Position numbers and translations under genes: made by a program | DNA from: Eubacteriales bacterium | GTDB taxonomy: Bacteria; Bacillota; Clostridia; Oscillospirales; CAG-382 | Assembly: GCA_045577455.1 (NCBI GenBank) | Contig: JAZNIJ010000211.1 | Span: forward strand, 32,706 to 96,705 | Direction of reading: 5' to 3' | Length of the DNA stretch: 64,000 bases | In this document: positions 58,681 through 64,000 of the stretch, in pieces | How the letters are laid out: each line of letters opens with the position of its first letter | Numbering within the stretch: position 1 is the first letter of the stretch | Notes under the pieces: model-generated | Seen by the model: only the letters and a program-made list of their open reading frames with translations | Told to the model about the DNA's origin: nothing | Databases searched by the model: none

Positions 58681-59151
58681 GTGCCAAGAAGAGTGCATAA
58701 CTTCAAAAGAGACGTTTTGCCAGACCCTATGTATAATTCTGTATTGGTAACAAAGCTCATTAACAACATTATGTACGACGGTAAAAAAGGCGTTGCACAG
58801 AAAATCGTTTATGATGCATTTGCTATGGTAGAAGAAAAGTCAGGCGAAAACGCATTGGAACAGTTCCAAAAAGCTCTCGATAACATTATGCCTGATCTTG
58901 AAGTAAAATCTGTTCGTAGAGGCGGTTCTAACTATCAGGTTCCTATGGAAGTTAAACCCAACAGAAAACAAACACTTGGACTTCGTTGGCTCGTGAACTA
59001 TTCAAGAGCTAGAAGCGACAAGCGTATGTCCGACCGTCTTGCTAACGAAATTCTTGATGCTATCAACAATACTGGTGCAGCAGTTAAGAAGAAAGACGAT
59101 ACTCATAGAATGGCTGAAGCAAACAAGGCGTTTGCACACTACAAGTGGTAA
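58681..59151 (+). CDS. rpsG: 30S ribosomal protein S7
   Basis: GTG 58681 follows [28 protein letters not shown]...; the track start at 58663 is over-extended. Confidence 0.96.
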   Translation: MPRRVHNFKRDVLPDPMYNSVLVTKLINNIMYDGKKGVAQKIVYDAFAMVEEKSGENALEQFQKALDNIMPDLEVKSVRRGGSNYQVPMEVKPNRKQTLGLRWLVNYSRARSDKRMSDRLANEILDAINNTGAAVKKKDDTHRMAEANKAFAHYKW

Positions 59152-59216
59152 TTATTTTGCCATGGTTAAAGTAGGTGTCTCGTAGAGACATCGAAACGGT
59201 TATTACCGAAGTTTTT

Positions 59217-59248
59217 CGTCCGACTCCGAAAAATAAAGGAGTCGGGCG
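59217..59248 (+). other. 11-bp-stem hairpin in the rpsG-fusA spacer
   Basis: CGTCCGACTCC-gaaaaataaa-GGAGTCGGGCG (one G-U pair). Confidence 0.5.
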
Positions 59249-59297
59249 AAATTTAGAAAAGAAACAAAAGAAGTAGAATAGAAGGTAGGAGATAAAT

Positions 59298-61376
59298 ATG
59301 CCCGAATATCCACTTGAGCGCGTGAGAAATATAGGAATAATGGCTCACATTGATGCCGGTAAAACAACAACCACTGAAAGAATTTTGTTTTATACTAAGA
59401 AAACTCACAAATTAGGTGAAACCCACGAAGGCGCAGCAACAATGGACTATATGAAACAGGAGCAGGAGCGTGGTATAACAATAACATCCGCTGCAACAAC
59501 TTGCTTCTGGAAAAATCACAGAATCAATATAATTGATACCCCTGGTCACGTTGACTTCACTGTTGAAGTTGAACGTTCTTTGAGAGTTCTTGATGGTGCT
59601 GTTGCTGTATTTTGTGCCAAAGGCGGCGTAGAACCCCAATCAGAAACAGTTTGGCATCAGGCAGAAAAATATAAAGTTCCCAGAATGGCTTACGTTAACA
59701 AAATGGATATTAACGGTGCCAATTTCTTCCGAGTTGTAGAAATGATGAAGGAACGACTCAAGGCAAACGCTGTTCCTTTGCAGTTGCCAATAGGTGCTTC
59801 TGAAACATATCAGGGTCTTGTTGACCTTGTTGAAATGAAAGCATACTATTATAGCGGCGCACAGGATGCAGACGCACCTGTTGAGGTTAAAGAAGTTCCT
59901 GCAGATATGGTTGATCTTTGCGAAGAATACAGAACAAAGCTCATTGAAGCTGCTGCTGATGCAGACGAAGACCTTATGATGAAATTCCTTGAAGGAGAAG
60001 AAATCTCCCAGGAGGAAATAAAGGCAGCTATAAGAAAAGCAACAATAGAAATTAAGATGATACCCGTTGTTTGCGGAACATCGTTTAAAAACAAGGGCGT
60101 TAGAAAACTCCTTGATGCTGTTGTTGAATATTTGCCTTCCCCAATAGATGTAAATAGTGTTACAGGTGTAAACCCAGACACAAGAGAAGAAGAAGTAAGA
60201 GAATCTTCATTAAATGCTCCATTTGCAGCTCTTATTTTCAAAATTGTATCAGACCCATATGGAAAGCTTTGCTTCTTCAGAGTGTATTCCGGTTCTGTTA
60301 AAGCGGGAGATACAGTTTATAACTCAAACAACGGAAAGCGTGAGCGTTTGGGTAGAATAGTGCTTATGCACGCAAACCACAGAGAAGATGTTGATGAAAT
60401 AAGTGCAGGCGAAATCGGTGCAATAGTTGGTCTTAAGAACACAACAACCGGTGATACACTTTGCGATGAAAGCAATCCAATTGTTTTGGGATCAATTGAT
60501 TTTCCAGAACCAGTTATCAGAATTGCAATTGAGCCCAAAACAAAAGCAGGTCAGGAAAAAATGGGCTTAGCTCTTGCAAAACTTGCAGAAGAAGACCCAT
60601 CCTTCCGCACATATACTGATGAAGAAACAGGCCAAACTATCATTGCAGGTATGGGTGAGCTTCACCTTGAAATTATTGTAGACAGACTTCTTCGCGAATT
60701 CAGAGTTGAAGCAAATGTTGGTAAGCCACGTGTTTCATACAGAGAAACAATCACAACCAAGGCATTGGCAGACGAAAAATTCGTTCGTCAGAGCGGTGGT
60801 CACGGTCAGTACGGTCACTGTAAGATCGAAATTGAACCTAACGAACCCGGTGCCGGCTTTACCTTTGAAAGCAAGGTTGTTGGCGGTAATATTCCCAAAG
60901 AATATATCCCTGCGATTGAAGCGGGTATCAAGGGTGCAATGCAGAGCGGTACATTGGCAGGATATCCCGTTGTTGATGTTAAGGTTACATTGCTTGACGG
61001 TTCATACCACGAAGTAGACTCCTCTGAAATGGCGTTCAAAATTGCCGGTTCAATGGCATTTAAAGCAGCCATGAAGAAGGCAAACCCTGTTCTTACAGAG
61101 CCAATTATGAAAACATCCGTTATCTGTCCCGATGAATACCTCGGATCAGTTATCGGTGATATCAGTGTGCGTAGAGGACAGATTTCAAGCACAGAGCCAA
61201 TGGGTGGTGTACAGCAGATTATGGCAGCGGTTCCACTTTCTGAAATGTTCGGATATTCAAATACCATTCGTTCAATGACTCAGGGCAGAGGACAATACAC
61301 AATGGAACCAAGCCACTTTGCAGAAGTTCCAAAATCTATTCTTGAAAAAATCATTTCAGGTAAAATGGAAAATTAG
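59298..61376 (+). CDS. fusA: Elongation factor G
   Basis: 692 aa. [20 protein letters not shown] and NKMD motifs. Confidence 0.98.
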   Translation: MPEYPLERVRNIGIMAHIDAGKTTTTERILFYTKKTHKLGETHEGAATMDYMKQEQERGITITSAATTCFWKNHRINIIDTPGHVDFTVEVERSLRVLDGAVAVFCAKGGVEPQSETVWHQAEKYKVPRMAYVNKMDINGANFFRVVEMMKERLKANAVPLQLPIGASETYQGLVDLVEMKAYYYSGAQDADAPVEVKEVPADMVDLCEEYRTKLIEAAADADEDLMMKFLEGEEISQEEIKAAIRKATIEIKMIPVVCGTSFKNKGVRKLLDAVVEYLPSPIDVNSVTGVNPDTREEEVRESSLNAPFAALIFKIVSDPYGKLCFFRVYSGSVKAGDTVYNSNNGKRERLGRIVLMHANHREDVDEISAGEIGAIVGLKNTTTGDTLCDESNPIVLGSIDFPEPVIRIAIEPKTKAGQEKMGLALAKLAEEDPSFRTYTDEETGQTIIAGMGELHLEIIVDRLLREFRVEANVGKPRVSYRETITTKALADEKFVRQSGGHGQYGHCKIEIEPNEPGAGFTFESKVVGGNIPKEYIPAIEAGIKGAMQSGTLAGYPVVDVKVTLLDGSYHEVDSSEMAFKIAGSMAFKAAMKKANPVLTEPIMKTSVICPDEYLGSVIGDISVRRGQISSTEPMGGVQQIMAAVPLSEMFGYSNTIRSMTQGRGQYTMEPSHFAEVPKSILEKIISGKMEN

Positions 61377-61480
61377 TTATAACTGTAGTTTCGCTCATGT
61401 CAAAAATATAGCATTTACTGTAAAAATCGGCTTTTACAGCAAAAAAACTGCATTTTTTAAGAGTTTTTTTAAAAAAAGAC

Positions 61481-61508
61481 TTGACAGAAAAAGAAATTGT
61501 GATATAAT
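61481..61508 (+). promoter_or_regulatory. Internal sigma-A promoter for tuf
   Basis: TTGACA (61481-61486), 16-nt spacer, TGaTATAAT (-10 at 61503-61508). Confidence 0.6.
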
Positions 61509-61612
61509 ACAATTTGATAGCACAAGGTTTTGGAATTTGTTCCAAATTTGTGTTTGTGCAAGAAAAATAAAAAAATAAAAAATACAAGATATCCATTTAG
61601 GAGGATAATTTA

Positions 61613-62815
61613 ATGGCAAAGGCAAAATTTGAAAGAAGCAAGCCTCACGTTAATATCGGTACTATTGGTCACGTTGACCACGGTAAGACAACTCTTACAG
61701 CCGCTATTACAAAGACTCTCGCTCTTAAAGACAACTCAATCGAATTCCTCGCATACGATCAGATCGACAATGCTCCAGAAGAAAAAGCAAGAGGTATTAC
61801 AATCAATACCCGTCACGTAGAATACACCACAGATCAACGTCACTATGCACACGTTGACTGTCCTGGCCACGCTGACTATGTTAAAAACATGATCACTGGT
61901 GCTGCTCAGATGGACGGTGCTATCCTCGTTGTTGCTGCTTCCGACGGACCTATGCAGCAGACTCGTGAACACATTCTTCTTGCTCGTCAGGTTGGCGTTC
62001 CAGCAATGGTTGTTTTCATGAACAAATGCGACCTCGTTGACGACGAAGAACTTCTCGACCTCGTTGAAATGGAAATCAGAGAACTTCTCAGCCAGTACGA
62101 CTTCCCAGGTGATGATATTCCCATCATCCGTGGTTCTGCAAGAACTGCTCTTGATTCCACATCTACAGATACAAGCTCTGCTGAATACAAAGCAATCATG
62201 GAACTCATGGATGCAGTAGACAGCTACATTCCTACACCAGACCGTAAGTCTGACTTGCCATTCCTTATGCCTGTTGAAGACGTTTTCTCTATCACAGGTC
62301 GTGGTACTGTTTCCACAGGTCGTGTTGAAAGAGGTACAGTAAACCTTAACGATAAAGTTGAAATCGTTGGTCTTAGCAACGAAAAAACAGAAACAACTGT
62401 TACAGGTATCGAAATGTTCCGTAAGCTCCTCGATTCCGCAGAAGCTGGCGATAACATTGGATGCTTGCTCAGAGGCGTACAGAAGAACGAAATCGAAAGA
62501 GGACAGGTTCTCTGTAAACCAGGTTCCATCAATCCTTACACCAAGTTCGTTGGTCAGGTTTACGTTCTTACAGAAAAAGAAGGTGGCCGTCATAAGCCAT
62601 TCTTCACCAACTATCGTCCTCAGTTCTACTTCAGAACAACAGACGTTACAGGTTCCATCACACTTCCAGAAGGCGTACAGATGTGCCGTCCTGGCGATAA
62701 CGTAGATATGAACGTTGAGCTCATTACACCTATCGCTATCGAAAAAGGTCTCCGTTTCGCTATCCGTGAAGGCGGTAGAACAGTTGGTTCTGGTGTTGTT
62801 ATCGATATCAAATAA
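61613..62815 (+). CDS. tuf: Elongation factor Tu
   Basis: 400 aa. [18 protein letters not shown] and NKCD motifs. Confidence 0.98.
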   Translation: MAKAKFERSKPHVNIGTIGHVDHGKTTLTAAITKTLALKDNSIEFLAYDQIDNAPEEKARGITINTRHVEYTTDQRHYAHVDCPGHADYVKNMITGAAQMDGAILVVAASDGPMQQTREHILLARQVGVPAMVVFMNKCDLVDDEELLDLVEMEIRELLSQYDFPGDDIPIIRGSARTALDSTSTDTSSAEYKAIMELMDAVDSYIPTPDRKSDLPFLMPVEDVFSITGRGTVSTGRVERGTVNLNDKVEIVGLSNEKTETTVTGIEMFRKLLDSAEAGDNIGCLLRGVQKNEIERGQVLCKPGSINPYTKFVGQVYVLTEKEGGRHKPFFTNYRPQFYFRTTDVTGSITLPEGVQMCRPGDNVDMNVELITPIAIEKGLRFAIREGGRTVGSGVVIDIK

Positions 62816-62850
62816 GATAAGCAGCATATAAAAAATTATTTTGGTAAATT

Positions 62851-62886
62851 CAAGCTGTCGCTGTATAACAACGACAGCTTGTTTTC
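62851..62886 (+). terminator. Rho-independent terminator
   Basis: CAAGCTGTCG-11 nt-CGACAGCTTG followed by TTTTC. Confidence 0.85.
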
Positions 62887-62991
62887 ATTAAATTTAAATA
62901 CATTATAATAAAAACTTTTTATCGTAAACGATACCGTGATAATAAAAAATAGTTTGTGGAAAATGATATCAATTTATTTTGAGGAAGCTAT

Positions 62992-64000
62992 ATGAAAAGA
63001 TTATTATTGCCATTTATAACGATGATTATTATGGTTTCTATTCTGTTGAATTCCTGTGGAAGCGAGGAAACTAATAAAACCTCTCTTGATGATGTAAACA
63101 GTGATAATGTTGCAAGTGAGATGGTTTCCGTTGAGCCATCGGAAGAAATATCCGAAGATGTATCCGAAGAAGTTTCTACTGAGTGGTTTAAAAACCCCGA
63201 TATTGTTGGTTATACACAGTATAATAACCCGGTGTTGCGGACTGGTGCCGACCCGTATGTTTTAAAACACGGAGATAAATATTACTATTGTTTCAGTGCG
63301 GGCGAGAGGATATGGATTAAAGAATTCGACTCTTTAGGAAATATATCAAATGATGGGGCAACTGCGGTTTTTGCTCCTCCTGCTGGTACTGAATATTCAT
63401 GCAATATGTGGGCGCCCGAGCTTCATTATATTGATGGTGTATGGTATATATACTTTGCTGCTGATGATGGCAACAATGATAACCATAGAATGTTTGTTCT
63501 TAAATGTGAAGAAGAAAGTCCTCTTAATACATTTGTTATGTGTGGTAAAATTACCGATAAAACGGATAAGTGGGCAATAGATGGCACTGTGTTTAATTAT
63601 AAGGGCGAATATTATTATGTATGGTCAGGTTGGGATGGCACAGCAAATATTCAGCAGAATTTATATATTGCAAAAATGATTTCTCCAACAGAGTTGGAAG
63701 AAAAGCGTGTTAAGATTTCAAAACCTGAATATGCTTGGGAAAAACAAGGTGGAGGTTGTCTTGTTAACGAAGGTCCATATGTAATTGTTAAAGGGGACTA
63801 CATCGCTATTCTTTATTCTGCGAGCGGAAGCTGGTGCGACGATTACTGTATCGGTCAGCTTACATTTAAGGGTGGAGAAGTAACAAGCGCAAAGAGCTGG
63901 GAAAAACATTCAGAACCAATTATGCATACGAATAATGGAATCTATGGTCCTGGCCATTGCTCCGTTACAGAAGATGAAAATGGCGTCATGTGGATGGTTT
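62992..64000 (+). CDS. Glycoside hydrolase family 43 lipoprotein (runs off right edge)
   Basis: Not in the track because there is no stop in the window. ATG 62992 follows GAGGAAG. Lipobox LLNSC and an acidic linker, then TGADPYVLKHGDKYYY and WAPELHYIDGVWYIYFAADDG. It is a paralogue of 36014-36901. Confidence 0.85.
   Translation, partial: MKRLLLPFITMIIMVSILLNSCGSEETNKTSLDDVNSDNVASEMVSVEPSEEISEDVSEEVSTEWFKNPDIVGYTQYNNPVLRTGADPYVLKHGDKYYYCFSAGERIWIKEFDSLGNISNDGATAVFAPPAGTEYSCNMWAPELHYIDGVWYIYFAADDGNNDNHRMFVLKCEEESPLNTFVMCGKITDKTDKWAIDGTVFNYKGEYYYVWSGWDGTANIQQNLYIAKMISPTELEEKRVKISKPEYAWEKQGGGCLVNEGPYVIVKGDYIAILYSASGSWCDDYCIGQLTFKGGEVTSAKSWEKHSEPIMHTNNGIYGPGHCSVTEDENGVMWMV

Noticed and set aside
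61736-62827. 363-aa ORF antisense to tuf.
   Set aside because: It lies entirely within and opposite the unmistakable EF-Tu gene. Its sequence is low-complexity and Cys/Phe/Asn-rich, with no RBS. It is a typical shadow ORF of a strongly codon-biased gene.

Overview
This is a chromosomal window from a low-GC, spore-forming Firmicute of the class Clostridia. The EF-Tu and RpoB sequence style, together with cohesin-like, Cthe_2159-like, LRR and GH43 proteins, suggests a Ruminococcaceae/Oscillospiraceae-type anaerobe; that taxon is inference only. I count roughly 55 protein genes and one tRNA. Most of the window is housekeeping: rny (5' part, runs off the left edge), a cysteine desulfurase, feoAB, ung-maf-DUF368-serS, sigK, pepV, a Ca-type and a CopA-type P-type ATPase, rpmE, asd, a sufC/sufBD pair, an orphan Wzz/BY-kinase/PHP-phosphatase module, serC-serA, and the rpoB-rpoC-rpsL-rpsG-fusA-tuf block. 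Several secreted or membrane-anchored surface proteins are also present, and a second GH43 gene runs off the right edge. The only clearly accessory segment lies at about 19.5-22.4 kb, between sigK and tRNA-Leu(GAG). It holds a tyrosine integrase cut by an in-frame TAA six codons before the catalytic Tyr, two small orphan ORFs, and a very AT-rich two-gene operon. That operon has a strong promoter and translationally coupled genes (a single-TM protein plus a 138-aa partner), and I recognise no family for either protein. It is my best candidate for an undescribed defence or addiction-type module, but its function is unknown. The ORF track renders GTG/TTG starts as M and often over-extends N-termini, so I give refined starts where an RBS or signal peptide supports them. 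I saw no CRISPR array, rRNA, transposase or phage structural genes. All family assignments come from motif recognition by eye; no searches were run.
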